Below, in pieces: positions 38,726 through 52,073 of a stretch of DNA of 64,000 bases. Under the pieces are notes generated by a model. The model did no database searches, was not told the origin of the DNA, and was given only the letters and a program-made list of their open reading frames with translations. The stretch comes from Octopus sinensis (Eukaryota), in the NCBI RefSeq assembly GCF_006345805.1, contig NC_043002.1:92318001-92382000 (forward strand). Reading direction: 5' to 3'. The translations under genes were made by a program, and so were the position numbers. The first letter of the stretch is position 1. Each line of letters starts with the position of its first letter.

Positions 38726-39253
38726 ATCGATGATAAAAGATATTTACACTAGATGCTGTGCAGTAGAACTGAACCTGGAAACAAATCCTTACGAACCATA
38801 GAGCCATGCATTTATCCAGATATATATTTTTAAAAAGTTTATCTTTGTTCAATATTAGATTACCTACCAGACATAATAAAAATGGTTTTAAATTTTGGCA
38901 CAAGGCCATCAAGTTAATGTAAGGGTAAGTCGATTACATCGATCTGTTCTCAACTAGTACTTATGTTATCGATCCCGAAAGGACGAAAGGCTAAGTGGAC
39001 GTCGGCGGAATTTGAACTGAGAACGTACTGACGGATGAAATGCCGCTGAGCATTTTGCCTGGTGCGATAACGATTGTGTTTGTGTTTCTGTCCCCATAAC
39101 TTAGCAGTTCGGGAAAAGTTACGGATAGAGTAAGTACGAAGTTGAAAAAACAAGTAGTAGAGTCCGTTTGTTCGACTAAGATTCTTTAGGACGATGCCTC
39201 AATATGGCCACAGTCTAATAACTGAAACTAAGTAAAGGATCAAGTATACAGGT

Positions 39254-39299
<46 letters not shown>

Positions 39300-39451
39300 G
39301 GAAGAGGTAGAGGTGGAGAATGAGGAGAACCTAGGTCTGCTTCTATGTTTACAAAATATCAAGTAATGCGAAGTTCAATCAATCTGTTTGTGCTTTCCAC
39401 AATGTATTGAGTGCTGCTTGCGACTCTTTTTGCATATTCACCTATATGTAT

Positions 39452-39511
<60 letters not shown>

Positions 39512-39792
39512 AAGAGAAACAGACAGACACAGAAAGAGAAGGTGAGAGTTAGGGAATACATGTGAAAAACAAAAGTCAGAGATCCTTGAATGAAAACAAG
39601 CATGAGTTTAGCTTTTGATACTTAAATAGAGAAATTCCTCTCAAAGCTTTTAAGACTAAGAAAAAGGCCGGGTTTTATTTATAAAAATACAAAATGTTGT
39701 TTTCTTATATGGTTTCTGCGATTTTGTCTCTTTAATTAATTTTCTTTCTCGTTGTGGTTAAATTTTTCTTGTTCAATACTTCAACCAAAGGA

Positions 39793-40880
39793 AAGCGGCG
39801 GGCTGGCAGAAACGTTAGCACGCCGAGTGAAATTCTTAGCCGTATTTCGTCTGCTGTTACGTTCTGAGTTCAAATTCCACCGAGGTCGACTTTGCCTTTC
39901 ATCCTTTCGGGCTCGATAAATAAAGTACCAGTTGCGCACTGGGGTCGATGTAATCGACTTAATCCCTTTGTCTGTCCTTGTTTGTCCCCTCTATGTTTAG
40001 CCCCTTGTGGGCAATAAAGAAATAAGTAACGTTAGCACGCCGGCGAAATGCGTATCGGTATTTCGTCTGTCTTTACGTTCTGAGTTCAAAATCCGCCGAA
40101 GTCGTCTTTGCCTTTCATCATTTCGGGGTCGATAAATAAAGTACCAGTTGTGCACTGGGGTTGATGTAATCGACTTAATCCCTTTGTCTGTCCTTGTTTG
40201 TCCCCTCTATGTTTACCCCCTTGTGGGCAATAAAGAAATAAGAAACGTTAGCACGCCGGGCGAAATGCGTATCGGCATTTCGTCTGTCTTTATGTTCTGA
40301 GTTCAAAATCCGCCGAGGTCGACTTTGCCTTTCATCCTTTCGGAGTCAATAAATAAAGTACCAGTTGTGTATTTAATCGACTGGCCCCCTCCCCCAAAAT
40401 TTCAGGCCTTGTACCTGTAGCAGAAAAGAATATTTCAACGAAAGCAAAAGCAGCCAGCTTGCTTAATCGTTATTGCGCCGAGCAAAATGCTTAGCAAAAC
40501 TTTATATTCTGCATTCAAATTCTACCGAGGTCTACCTTGCATTTCATCCTTTCGGGGTCGATAAAATAAGTACCTGCCGAGCGCTGAGGTCGATGTAATC
40601 TACTAGCTTCCTCCCCCGAAATTGCTGGCATTGTGCCAAAATTTGAAACTAATATTTCAACCAAAGAAGGTGGCGAGCTGGCAGAATCGTTAATACACCG
40701 AGCAGAACGCTTCACAGAATTTCTTCCGTCTTTATATTCTGAGTTCAAATTTCACTAAGGTCGATTTTGCCTTTCATCTTTTCGGGGTCGATAAAATAAG
40801 TACCAGTCAAGCGCTGAGGTCGATGTAATTGACTAAATCCCTCCTCCAAACTTGTTGGCCTAGTGCCAAAAGTTGAAGCC
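39793..40880 (+). mobile_element. Head-to-tail cluster of ~5 SINE A copies
   Basis: Repeated B-box/body motifs with AAAGAAATAAG(A/T)AACGTTAGCAC junctions at ~40020 and ~40235. Confidence 0.85.
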
Positions 40881-41159
40881 TATATTTCAACCAAAGGTTT
40901 GAAAGAAATGAGTAAAAATGGCTGGAGCTTTGAATCGAAGAAACCGGGAAAGCCGATTTTTTTTTAGGTGGGTGGGGTGGGGAGGGCGAAAGGTGTGGGT
41001 AAGCGTAAATTGTTTCCAAACAGAACGACAACAAGAACAAAAAAAAAACAAATAGTTCGAGGGAGATTTAAGCAAGTGCAAATGTCGGAAAGGTTTCGAA
41101 CTGGCAGAAAACAGCAACTTTTGCCAATTGCACTGACAATGTGCCAAACTGTAAAGATA

Positions 41160-41370
41160 GATAACAATAACAACAACTACAACAACGACGATGATGATGA
41201 TGATGATGATGATGATGAAGAAGAAGAAGAAGAAGAAGAAGAAGAAGAAGAAGAAGAAGAAGAAGAAGAAGAAGAAGAAGAAGAAGATGATGATGATGAT
41301 GATGATGAACAACGACAACAACAACAGCAGCAGCAGCTACAGCAACAACAAGAGCAGGAACACCAGCCGG
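41160..41370 (+). repeat. Compound AAC/GAT/GAA/CAG trinucleotide microsatellite
   Basis: Direct sequence. Confidence 0.9.
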
Positions 41371-41591
41371 AATGATAATCGTAATAATGCTACATGAAAT
41401 ATTAACGTTTTTGAAGTGCTGTAGGAAATAGGAATAATTCTTAATTTCGTGGAAATAAAATATAAAAAAAGGATTTCGCAACAAAGGAGCAATGATAATA
41501 AAGACGAAAGGAAGAAACAAAAAGAAAGAGAGAGGAAGATAAAAAGAAAAAGAAATAGAGAGAGAATGAGAGAAAGAAAGAAAGAAAGAAA

Positions 41592-41622
<31 letters not shown>

Positions 41623-42304
41623 GGAAAATGCAAAACGGGAAAAATATTGTCAAAAAAAAAAAAAAAGAATAGAATTGACGATAAAGACAAACTATGAAAT
41701 AAGAGCAAAGTTGTTGTCTATGAGATCATTGCAACAAGTCACATGATCTGCAAGAAAAGAATAGAATCATGAAGAACTTCACATGTTTCTGTCTGTTAAT
41801 TCTTAGTCAGATCGGCGTCAAGAAATCTTGGCTTTATTCAATATTCACAACCAACTTTCAACCGTTGATATTTCCATTCCTAAATTATACTGCCATTTCT
41901 TACGACTGAATCTTGTTCACGATTAGAAGAAATGCTATCTAAGAATTTGGGTTTGTTTTGCTTTCTTTCTTCCTTCCTTTCTTTCTTTCTTTCTTCCTTT
42001 CTTTCTTTTTGTTACTGCAGTCTTCCTAGTTTTGATTACAGGATCATCTTTGAAGGATTAATTCTCAAGAGTGTAAGAATCTCTAAAGTATTTGTCAGTT
42101 AAATGTCATATATACTTTATCATCATCCAAGCTCTGGCAACCTGCTTATTCTCTTTAGTTAAATAAATACTAGAATATACGCCCAGAGATGAACAGTGAC
42201 GGGCCAAAAAACGTCCTCAGCTCGACCCTGGTGATTATGGGTCTTAGACAAATCCTAAACTTGACCAATGCGGGAAAATTGCTTTCATCAACGCATTGGT
42301 TTAT

Positions 42305-42570
42305 TTGTTGTTGTTTGTTCCTTCTCGAGCCATGCCTGGCTCATAAGGGCCGGTTCCCGGTTTCTTTGGCGTATAGGTTCCCCACCTAGACGGAACGCCG
42401 GTCCGTCGCAGGTGAGCTGCAAGATGCAGAAGGAAAGAGAGAGAGAAAGTTTTGGCGAAAGAGTCAGGTGTTTTTTGCTCATAAACACACACATCACCCG
42501 GTCTGAGATTCGAACCCGCGATCCCTCGACCGCAAGTCCGCTGCTCTAACCACTAGGCCATGTGCCTCCA
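42305..42570 (-). mobile_element. tRNA-derived SINE: C-like head with a different tail ending (AAC)n
   Basis: Head GGAGGCACATGGCCTAGTGGTTAGAGC..GGGTTCGAATC; tail GGCATGGCTCGAGAAGGAACAAACAACAAC. Confidence 0.7.
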
Positions 42571-42759
42571 AAATTTGAACTCAGAACAAATAGGCAGATG
42601 AAATGTCGCTAAGCATTTTACGCGGCGTGCTAACGATTCTGCCCATCTTGTCGACTCATTGGTTTATTTGATATAATTGAATTGACAGAAATAACTTGCA
42701 AATTTTGGCGCATGGCCTGAAATTTTAGGGGGATTAGTTAATCGGTTACATCGACCCCA

Positions 42760-42988
42760 GGCGGCGAGCTGGCAGAAACGTTAGCACACCGGGCTAAATG
42801 CTCAGCGGTATCGTCTGCCGCTACGTTCTGAGTTCAAATTCCGCCGAGGTCGACTTTGCCTTTCATCCTTTCGGGGTCGATAAATTAAGTACCAGTTACG
42901 CACTGGGGTCGATGTAATCGACTTAATCCGTTTGTCTGTCCTTGTTTGTCCACTCTGTGTTTAGCCCCTTGTGGGTAGTAAAGAAATA
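42760..42988 (+). mobile_element. Full-length SINE A with a 16-bp TSD
   Basis: GGTTACATCGACCCCA on both sides; inserted into an older minus-strand SINE A. Confidence 0.92.
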
Positions 42989-43397
42989 GGTTACATCGAC
43001 CCCAGTACTTGACTGGTACATTATATTTTTGCGTCGCTGTATTTGAACTAAAAAATTGTAAAGAACAAGAAGAAATTCCACTAAACACTTTGTTCGACGC
43101 GCTATTAAATCTGCCTGCTCACTGCCTTTGGATCGATTGAAAAAATACTGTAGATTTCATGTCATTTATCTAGCAACTATCTTTCTCTCTGTTTCTCTCT
43201 CACTCTCTCTTTCTCTTTCTCTCAACCTCCTTATGTCCCCTCCTCTTTTTCCTTTCCTCACTCTCTCGATCTCCCTCTGTCCATTCTGTTTTCTGTATGT
43301 CTTCTCTCTCTCTCCCTCTCTTTCCTTTCTCTCTTTTCTTCTCTCCATCTCCCTCTCCTTCAGCTCTCTCTTCCTTCCGCATGCCTCCCCCTCTCCT

Positions 43398-43428
<31 letters not shown>

Positions 43429-43503
43429 GTCTCTTTTCAAGTTCTACTCATTATAGAATTTATATCCCACAATGCCAGTCAATAAACCACTTATACAATT
43501 AAG

Positions 43504-43887
43504 GGAGGCGCAATGGCCCAGTGGTTAGGGCAGCGGACTCGCGGTCGTAGGATCGCGGTTTCGGTTCCCAGACCGGGCGTTGTGAGTGTTTATTGAGCGA
43601 AAACACCTAAAAGCTCCACGAGGCTCCGGTAGGGATAGTGGTGATCCCTGCTGTACTCTTTCACCACAACTTTCTCTCACCCTTACTTCCTGTTTCTGTT
43701 GTACCTGTATTTCAAAGGGCCGGCCTTGTCACTCTCTGTGTCACGCTGAATATCCCCGAGAACTACGTTAAGGGTACACGTGTCTGTGGAGTGCTCAGCC
43801 ACTTACACGTTAATTTCACGAGCAGGCTGTTCCGTTGATTCGGATCAACCGGAACCCTCGTCGCCGTAACCGACGGAGTGCTTCCAC
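43504..43887 (+). mobile_element. Full-length tRNA-derived SINE family C (truncated copy at 37759-38035)
   Basis: GGAGGCGCAATGGCCCAGTGGTTAGGGC..GGTTTCGGTTCCC head and CGTAACCGACGGAGTGCTTCCA tail. Confidence 0.85.
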
Positions 43888-44166
43888 TATACAGTTAAGG
43901 GTGTTCGCACTAATCGCAGCGATAACTCTTATCAAACACCTCGTACGTTTTATAGCCATTGGAAATTATGAGGAAAAGTTTCAATGTTTTGATCAACATC
44001 AGTGAAAGATTCAATACTAGGAGACGTTCACCAATACGAAGCTGATAATTGATTCGCCCAGTCTGGTCAGGTGGGATTTAGCTCAAAGAAATGAACAGCC
44101 ACCAATAGAAATCCATGAAGGATTTTCAGCGGTAATTGATTTGGTAAGGAGTCTCTATATGAGCTA

Positions 44167-44564
44167 CTAGCAGTATCGCCCGGCGTTGCTCGGGTTTGTA
44201 AGGGAAATAACTATATAAGCATTTTTAGAGAGTTATAGCCAAAAAATGGCAAAAAATGCATTAAAAATGGAAAAAAAATGATGGTAAATTTTTTAAAAAT
44301 CGTTGACTCATCGTAGACATTTTTAGAGAGTTACTTCCCTTATATAATAGCGAAAAAATGCATCAAAATGGAAAAAATGATGGTAAATTTTATTTAAATC
44401 GTAGACTCATCGTTGACGCGCGCTAATACCCAGAAGGGCTCGATATGAATCACGACTATAAGATACCCGGTTTTGGTTAAACTGCACCGCAAAATGTGGG
44501 AGTAGTTAGGAATCTAAATCGTAGGAGACAGACACTCACACAACTTCACTTTTATATATAAAGA
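44167..44564 (-). mobile_element. Non-autonomous Helitron (same family as 22989)
   Basis: Reverse complement with TC and CTAG termini and the hairpin. Confidence 0.9.
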
Positions 44565-45914
44565 TAAGCCAACGAGAAGGTCCCAGCAGTCACGAAACGG
44601 TCTAGAAATATCAGTCATATCCCTCTCAAGTCATGTGGTAGTATTAGAAAAGAGGACACGGTGGATAATGTAGTCCTAGGTAAACGATATATGAATAAAA
44701 GATGGGATGATCACGGTTGGTACGTTTGATCATTGGTGTACTTGAGAGAAAGATGACCCAGGGCAAAGCAACAATGATTGGTGGCATGATGTATATTCAA
44801 AGGGCTTCAATGATTCACTGTGTAACAAATTTTTTTGTCTGTGGTTAGTAAGCGTTATTTCCTATTAGCTTCTACCTAGAACTCAAAAGAAATTACTATT
44901 ATCCCCGTCAAATTTTGTTTTTGTGACATGGACATCAATGTTTTCAAATTCAACTATTTTCCATTACATTTTGGACAGATTCAGTGCTGAGTTGCTGAAG
45001 CAGAAATATCATTATCGCAAATATTCTGCTCAATACCACGGATTTGCTTGACTTATTTAGTTGACCTTAACCACTTGAGCATGTTCCTTAGTGGCTGACA
45101 ATATGTGCATCTCTGATCATGAGCAGGAGTAGTGGGGGAGCATCACAACCATGTGCTGAAAGGGATTCTTTGAGGTTTGAATTAATGTAAGAAAAGCAAA
45201 GTTTGAAGGAAATATTAGCCATTTTTCACACCTCCTAAGGGAAAGCAAATAGGAAATAACAGTTGCTACCCAAGAACAAAGATCATGTTACACAGTGTTA
45301 TGAAGCTTTGTGATAGCTGAATCCTTTCTGTAATGAGTAAATGGTTTTTAAGACCGCCGAGGTCGACTTTGCCTTTCATCTTTTCGGGGTCGATAAATTA
45401 AGTACCAGTTACGCACTGGGGGCGATGTAATCGACTTAATACCTATGTCTGTCCTTGTTTGTCCCCCTCTGTGTTTAGCCCCTTGTGGGTAGTAAAGAAA
45501 TAGGTTTTTAAGACAGTCATAATACAATGATATGACTACAGCAATGGTAGGTAATAAATCTCGCAGTCATTATACAATGATATATCTAGTTAAGACCATA
45601 ACCAGGGTAGATAATAACTCACAGTCAGAATGCAATGATATGCCTTGTTATGATTATATTCAAAGTAGGTAATCGGCAGAATGCAATAGTTTTCGTTCAG
45701 ACATCAATCAAAATACACAGTCAGAATACAATGATATACCTTTTTATGACTGCACTAGGTAGTAGGAATACAATGGGTATATATTGTTTTGACTATAGCT
45801 ATAATAAGTAACAGTGCACATTCAAATATGGTATATATCTTGTTATAAAAACAGTCAAAATAAGTGATAGCACATAGACAAAATACTATGATTCGTAACA
45901 GCATACAGTCGGAA

Positions 45915-46297
45915 TCTCTCTATATATAAACGGCAGTTTGTCTGTGCGTGTTTCTGTGTGTCTGTTTGCTTGTACCCTCACCCTGACCACGGCTTTCAAC
46001 CGATTCTGATGAAACTTGACACACACATAGCCCAATGTCATAATTTAAAACTAACACTGCGAAAATTTTGAAAAGTTTCCCCAGTTCTGAAAAAAATCGA
46101 TAAATTCGACATGGGGTCGAGAATCAGAAACACAAACCGCAAACTGTCTAGGGGACGCAACTCCACCATTTTTAACTAAAAAAAAAAATTACCATCATTT
46201 TTTTCCATCTTTTTGCTATTTTTTGGCTATAACTCTCTAAAAATGCTTTATAGTTATTTCCCTTACAAACCTGAGCAACGCCGGGCGATACTGCTAG
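45915..46297 (+). mobile_element. Non-autonomous Helitron with a different 5' body and the same 3' end
   Basis: A|TCTCTCTATATATAAACGGC ... CCTGAGCAACGCCGGGCGATACTG-CTAG|T. Confidence 0.85.
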
Positions 46298-46388
46298 TAT
46301 GATATAAGCCTTTCTTATGACTACAATCAAAGTAGTAAATAGCAAACAGTTATGAAAGACAACGTTTCCTGTCCTATGATTACAATCA

Positions 46389-46675
46389 TACGAGGTCTGA
46401 TCAATAAGTATCCGGACTGTTGTTCTAGTAACAAAGCTAAAGCAGCAGGGTGAAGCCGCTAGGCAAAGATTGACCTTGAATTCTGCTGTGCATGCGCACT
46501 AACTTTTATCGTTCTAGCTCACTTCCGCTGGAAGGAAGGTGTGTAGCTTGGAAGGAAGGTGTGTTATAACTTAGTGCGAATGCACAACAAAGTTCAAAGT
46601 CAAGCGGCTTCATTCTGCATGCTTTAGCTTCGTTACTATGGCAACAGTCCGGATACTTATTGATCAGACCACGTA
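46389..46675. mobile_element. Tc1/mariner-type MITE
   Basis: TIR TA-CGAGGTCTGATCAATAAGTATCCGGACTGTT at both ends. Confidence 0.9.
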
Positions 46676-47303
46676 TATGGGGGGGAGGGACCCAGTTAGA
46701 ATTTTCTTCTGGTCGAGTAGCCCATCCAGCTCAAAAGGTCGTTGACTAAGGGTCGTTTAAGGATGATGTACGAAATACCTATGCTTCCAGGAGTGAGTTA
46801 TTCAAGCCCTAAAGAATCCTTCTCAACACATGGCTATGATGCATCCCATTAATCCTGCTCGTGAGATGCATACATTGTCAGCCACGAAGGGACCTGCTCA
46901 ACTGGTTACGGTCAAGCAACTGACAGGTAACTCAATGGTACTGAGCGGAATATTTGCTGTAGCCTACCTTTTACACCAAGGTAAAATGTACACGTTAATA
47001 CTTTCAATCAGTTAAGATCAGAAGCCGTAAGAGCAACTACCTGGTATTGCATCAGGATATTTATTATTATTGAGTGAGAGAGCAGTGCATGCCATTGAAC
47101 GAAACACCTATGTTTCCAGAGGTGAATTATTCAAACTCCATAGAATCCCTCTCAACACATGGCTATGATGCTCCCCCACTACTTCTGCTTGTGATCAGAG
47201 ATGCACATATCATCAGCCAGTAAGGGACATGCTCAACTGGTTAAGGTCAAACAACTGACAAGCAAATCTGTGGTATTGAACAGAATATTTGCTGTAGCCC
47301 ATC

Positions 47304-47372
<69 letters not shown>

Positions 47373-47423
47373 CATTGCCTTTGCACAGCTTCTAACGCTG
47401 GAGATGTACTACGGTGTCAGCTG

Positions 47424-47800
47424 TTTAAGCTGGACGAATTAACTCCAGATATGTTCAAATGCCTGATTTCTACACAGGGATTTACTGCCGAAAAAAACGC
47501 AGAGGTTAGAACTAGAATTCTCGCAAAACTGGAACAAAACCAGGATGTAAGCCAACAGCAAGTGTCAGAAGAATGTGAAAAGATAGTAAAAATCAACTGT
47601 TTCTAAGTAAACCAAGTGCGAAATAGTCAGAATAAAGATAAAGTGATTTCTAAAAAACACGACAAAAATCTGGAAATAAGTCCGTTTTGAATGTGGAGGT
47701 ATACACCTCAGGAAAAATTCTCCATTAAAAAAGCGGAATGCTTTCGTTACGGTAACATATGACATGTAAAGACGCACTGTAGAACGAAGATGACAAAACA
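47424..47800 (+). mobile_element. Ty3/gypsy-like gag remnant with decayed Zn knuckles
   Basis: FKLDELTPDMFKCLISTQGFTAEKNAEVRTRILAKLEQNQ..EECEKI, then ECGGIH..ECFRYGNI*HVKTHCR. Confidence 0.65.
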
Positions 47801-48039
47801 TCAGAACAAAGGATAAAAAAAATAAATAGCATGTCATTGGAAGAAATGGGGAATATAAGGATGAGAAAATTCCTGCAGGTAAAAATCAGAAATACAAATG
47901 TGAAAACGCAATCGCACACTCGTAGAGATATTACCATTATAAAGGAATAAAGGAAAAAACGTGTAAATGTGTCAGTAAGCTGAAATTAATCAAATCTAAA
48001 AAGGTAGCGCTTTGTGTTACGGGAAAAACATTATATTTT

Positions 48040-48480
48040 TTCGGTTACAATACCAGTGATTGTAGAATCACTTGGATTGATCAAAACAGGAACTGAAAAT
48101 TATTTAAGAATAATCCCTGGCTTACCATCCATGCAGGAAGTGCAAAATATTGTCTTAACTGGTACGTCACGCGTACTGAGAAGAGCATTGTCGCTGTGAA
48201 TTTTCTTTCCTTTTTTTCCCCTTCATTTTCTCTGTTTACATTTTTTTTTCTATCTTTTCTTTTTTCTCTCTGTCTTTCTTCCCTTTCTTCTCTCTCACAT
48301 GACTTTGTAAATGAACAATCTGGTGTGTATATTTTAATGTCCTACCAATCTATGTAGAGTGCGTTACTCTGCCCTGAGTGTCAGGAAGACACTCGGCAAG
48401 AAATGGAAACAGAACAAAAAAGATGATAATGAAAATAATAATAACAATAATAATAATAAATATTATTATTATTATTATTA
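48040..48480 (+). mobile_element. R4/Dong-like LINE 3' end ending in (TAA)n
   Basis: PVIVESLGLIKTGTENYLRIIPGLPSMQEVQNIVLTGTSRVLRRALSL*, then a UTR and TAA repeats. Confidence 0.72.
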
Positions 48481-48483
48481 TTA

Positions 48484-48514
<31 letters not shown>

Positions 48515-49011
48515 GAGTGAGAGAGCAGTTCATGCCATCAAAGTGACACTGGAGTAAAATATACGAAGCCCAGTATACCCATCATGACTACCCGTCTGAT
48601 AAGGGTACACCAGGCACATGCATCACAACCATAAGTGCGCGACATGGTGATCTCATATCAAAATAAACAGCACATGACCTTGCAGGTGGGGCCCAGTTAG
48701 AATTTTCTTCAGGTCGAGTAACCCATCCCACTCGAAAGGTCCCTGAATAAGGGTTGTTTAATGATGTTGAACGAAACACCCATGTTTCCAGAGGTGAATT
48801 ATTCAAACCCCAAAGAATCCCTCTCAACACACGGCTATGATGCTCCCCCACTACTTCTGCTCGTGATCAGAGGTGCACATATCGTCAGCCACTAAGGGAC
48901 ATGCTCAACTGGTTAAGGTCAAACAACTGACAAGCAAATCTGTGGTATTGAGCAGAATATTTGCTGTAGCCCATCTTTTATACCAAGACAAAACAATGTA
49001 CATGGTAACAC
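48515..49011 (-). mobile_element. Unclassified non-coding family D flanked by (TAA)n (copies at 38032-38224, 45020-45185, 46680-47049, 47070-47306)
   Basis: Shared core CTCAACTGGTTAAGGTCAAACAACTGACAAGC; the terminus CTCTCTCACTC-(AAT)n is fixed and the other end is variable. Confidence 0.8.
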
Positions 49012-49053
<42 letters not shown>

Positions 49054-49129
49054 GTTTTCTTTATTGGCCACAAGGGCCGAACACAAAACACATAAGGATA
49101 ATATAACACAAGGAACAAGCGAGATTTAG

Positions 49130-49595
49130 TTTAATATCTTGTAAAACAAAACAACTAACAATAAAATTAAACAATAAAATTCTTCAAAAGGAGGAGTTCG
49201 TCCCGGGGTCAACCGAAGAACCTCACACATTTTGGTTACCCCGATCCCAAGTGCACTTCATTTGGTGCCTCTCATTCACAACACCTCCGGTTCACAAGCT
49301 AAGGTTCAAAGTAGTCCCATTCTCACGGGCCATCGTCGCCACATTTACCCACCTTTCAACAATACTTGTGGGTGGGAGAGCACAACTCCCCTCTTCATCC
49401 TCACTTTTCTTTTTAAGTAGTACCTGAAAAAGTCGATACAGACATGGCCGATCACGAAAGTATCTGTCTTCATCCTTTCAGTCTCGTCCACAATATTACC
49501 TCCTTCACCACGGCCACCAGATAGGAAAATTGCCTTTCCTTCACGGCCAAAACAAGGCGGCGGTCCAATTCTCACAATAGATCGGGCTAATAAAA
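49130..49595 (-). mobile_element. L1/Tx1-like ORF2 C-terminal remnant
   Basis: SIVRIGPP..REGKAIFL...FFRYYLKRKVRM..., frameshifted; the clade call rests on recollected similarity only. Confidence 0.45.
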
Positions 49596-49755
49596 ATAAT
49601 TGGTAAGTACCTTGCTTACCAACCACATAGTTCCGGGTTCAGTCCCACTGCGTGACATTTTGGGCAACTATCTTCTTCTATAGCCTCGGGCTGACCAAAG
49701 CCTTGTGAGTGGATTTGGTAGATGGAAAATGAAAGAAGCCTATTGTATATATAAT

Positions 49756-49905
<150 letters not shown>

Positions 49906-49980
49906 TAATAATAATCCTAATAATAATAATAATATATATTAGGGGGATATATTATATATTTTATTTTATATATATATATA

Positions 49981-50028
<48 letters not shown>

Positions 50029-50323
50029 CGTGTGTGAGAGTATGTGTATGTATTTGTCCCCCCAACATCGCTTGACAACCGTTGTTGGTCTGTTTACGTC
50101 CCCGTAACCTAAAGGTTCGGCAAAAGAGCCCGATAGAACAAGTGCTAGACTTACAAAGAATAAGTCCTGGGGGTCGATTTGTTCGACTAAAGGCAGTGCT
50201 TCAGCATGGCCGCAGTCAAAGGACTGAAACAAGTAATATATAATAAAAGAACAGCCAGAATCCTTATTATCATTATTATCATTATTATCATTATTGTTGA
50301 TATAGCATTTGTCGTAGTTATTG

Positions 50324-50362
<39 letters not shown>

Positions 50363-50590
50363 ATGCTGATGCTGTTGCAAATATTCTTGTTAAGAGATAT
50401 TGAACAACAGATTATTGAGGGACAACTGCGGACGCCAGTTGTCGCTGATGCTGTCCTGAAACTAGGTTAATTGTTCAAGATGGAATTACGAATAGCACTG
50501 ACATTTAAAATAAAAATGAAAGAACAATGTGCGTTTGTGTGCCTCTGTGTGTGTGTGTGTGTGTGGTGTGTGTGTGTGTGGTGTGTGTGT

Positions 50591-50621
<31 letters not shown>

Positions 50622-50663
50622 GATTTGTATGTAAATATGTAGGTATGTATGTACATGTATGTA

Positions 50664-50703
<40 letters not shown>

Positions 50704-50867
50704 CATATACATACATACACACACACTTACAGAGTATTTATACGTTGACTCATCATTACATATTTTCAACGTGTTTACAACAACTGACGCAGATAAGCGT
50801 TTGCAATATAAAGAGAGCTAAATACATACATACATATATGCATGCATACGTACATACGTATACGCAC

Positions 50868-50920
<53 letters not shown>

Positions 50921-51011
50921 TGTGCGTGAGTGTGTGTGTGTGTATAAATATGTAGATAGAAATATATATATTTGCACAAATAAACAAATATATTATTATA
51001 TGTATAGTTAT

Positions 51012-51042
<31 letters not shown>

Positions 51043-51235
51043 CGTAAATATATGTATATATATATATGTGTATATATGTACATCATACATATATGCATGT
51101 ATGTATGTATGTATGTATGTATGTATGTATGTATTTATGTATGTGTGTATGTATGTGTGTATATATATGTGTGTGTGACTGAAGAAATGTTAATCTACAT
51201 CTCAACACATATATATACATATATACGTCTCTCTC

Positions 51236-51281
<46 letters not shown>

Positions 51282-51288
51282 TATATAA

Positions 51289-51319
<31 letters not shown>

Positions 51320-51739
51320 GGAATGAGAGGGAGAGAGTGAATGGGGAGAGTGGGATTAGTTATAAGATTCAATAGAATCGGGGCCAGCAAACGTAAGAGG
51401 TCAGAATGGCTAGGTACTATAATACAGGGTTCACAGTAAGGAAAAAAGTACCATGAAGGAATCAGATGTGTTTAGGATGCTGTAGATATTTAAGTAACAA
51501 ATCTCATTTTAACTGTAGATCCGTCTAAGGAACGGTTCTAGGTGCGATGCGGCGTAGGTAAACCTAATTTGTATCATTTTATATACATAAGGCTTCCATG
51601 TAGTGATGGTGCAATTTAAAATGCTTGTGTCTTCGTAATTATACATGGTAGAATTAATCTGTATAAAGGATAAGAAAGAGCAATGACCTAAATCTTAACT
51701 TATCTTTTTTTAATTTCCACCATATCCACCATCATTACT

Positions 51740-51995
51740 TATACAAAGAGAAATACGATTTTGTAGATCTCGGATAACATTTTCCAGCTTATTGTCAATA
51801 ATACCCTCCATCACATCAGTATTAATTTCCACATGTTCCCATAAAAAGAAATCCAGTGGTGTCAAATCTGGTGAATGTGGAGGCCAAAATAATAGTCCAT
51901 CTCTTCCAATCCATCTGTTTGGGAATTACTGTCTAACTTGCAGAGCAAAATGACAAGGTGCACAATCTTGAAAAACTGTATTCTCTATCAGTTCT
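51740..51995 (-). mobile_element. Tc1/mariner-superfamily transposase remnant
   Basis: FQDCAPCHFALQVR..FPNRWIGRDG..WPPHSPDLTPLDFFLW. Confidence 0.88.
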
Positions 51996-52073
51996 AATCG
52001 TTCAAGCATTGCACCATGGCTTTATGGACGCCTTGTGTGTGTGTATATATATGTATATATATATATATATATA

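Noticed and set aside
40968-41375. Acidic/Gln-rich 135-aa ORF
   Set aside because: Concatenated simple repeats with no domain or exon evidence.
43504-43580. tRNA genes (also 53095, 32050, 37759, 42500)
   Set aside because: tRNA-like A/B-box heads continue into SINE bodies; no complete cloverleaf or acceptor stem.
50415-50465. GACAACTG/CAGTTGTC hairpin followed by CTGATG..GAAAC
   Set aside because: No stem II and the core is incomplete; likely chance.
50467-51246. Many His/Thr/Tyr/Ile and Cys/Val ORFs (also 57632-58873)
   Set aside because: Translations of (CA)n, (TA)n and (TATG)n microsatellites.
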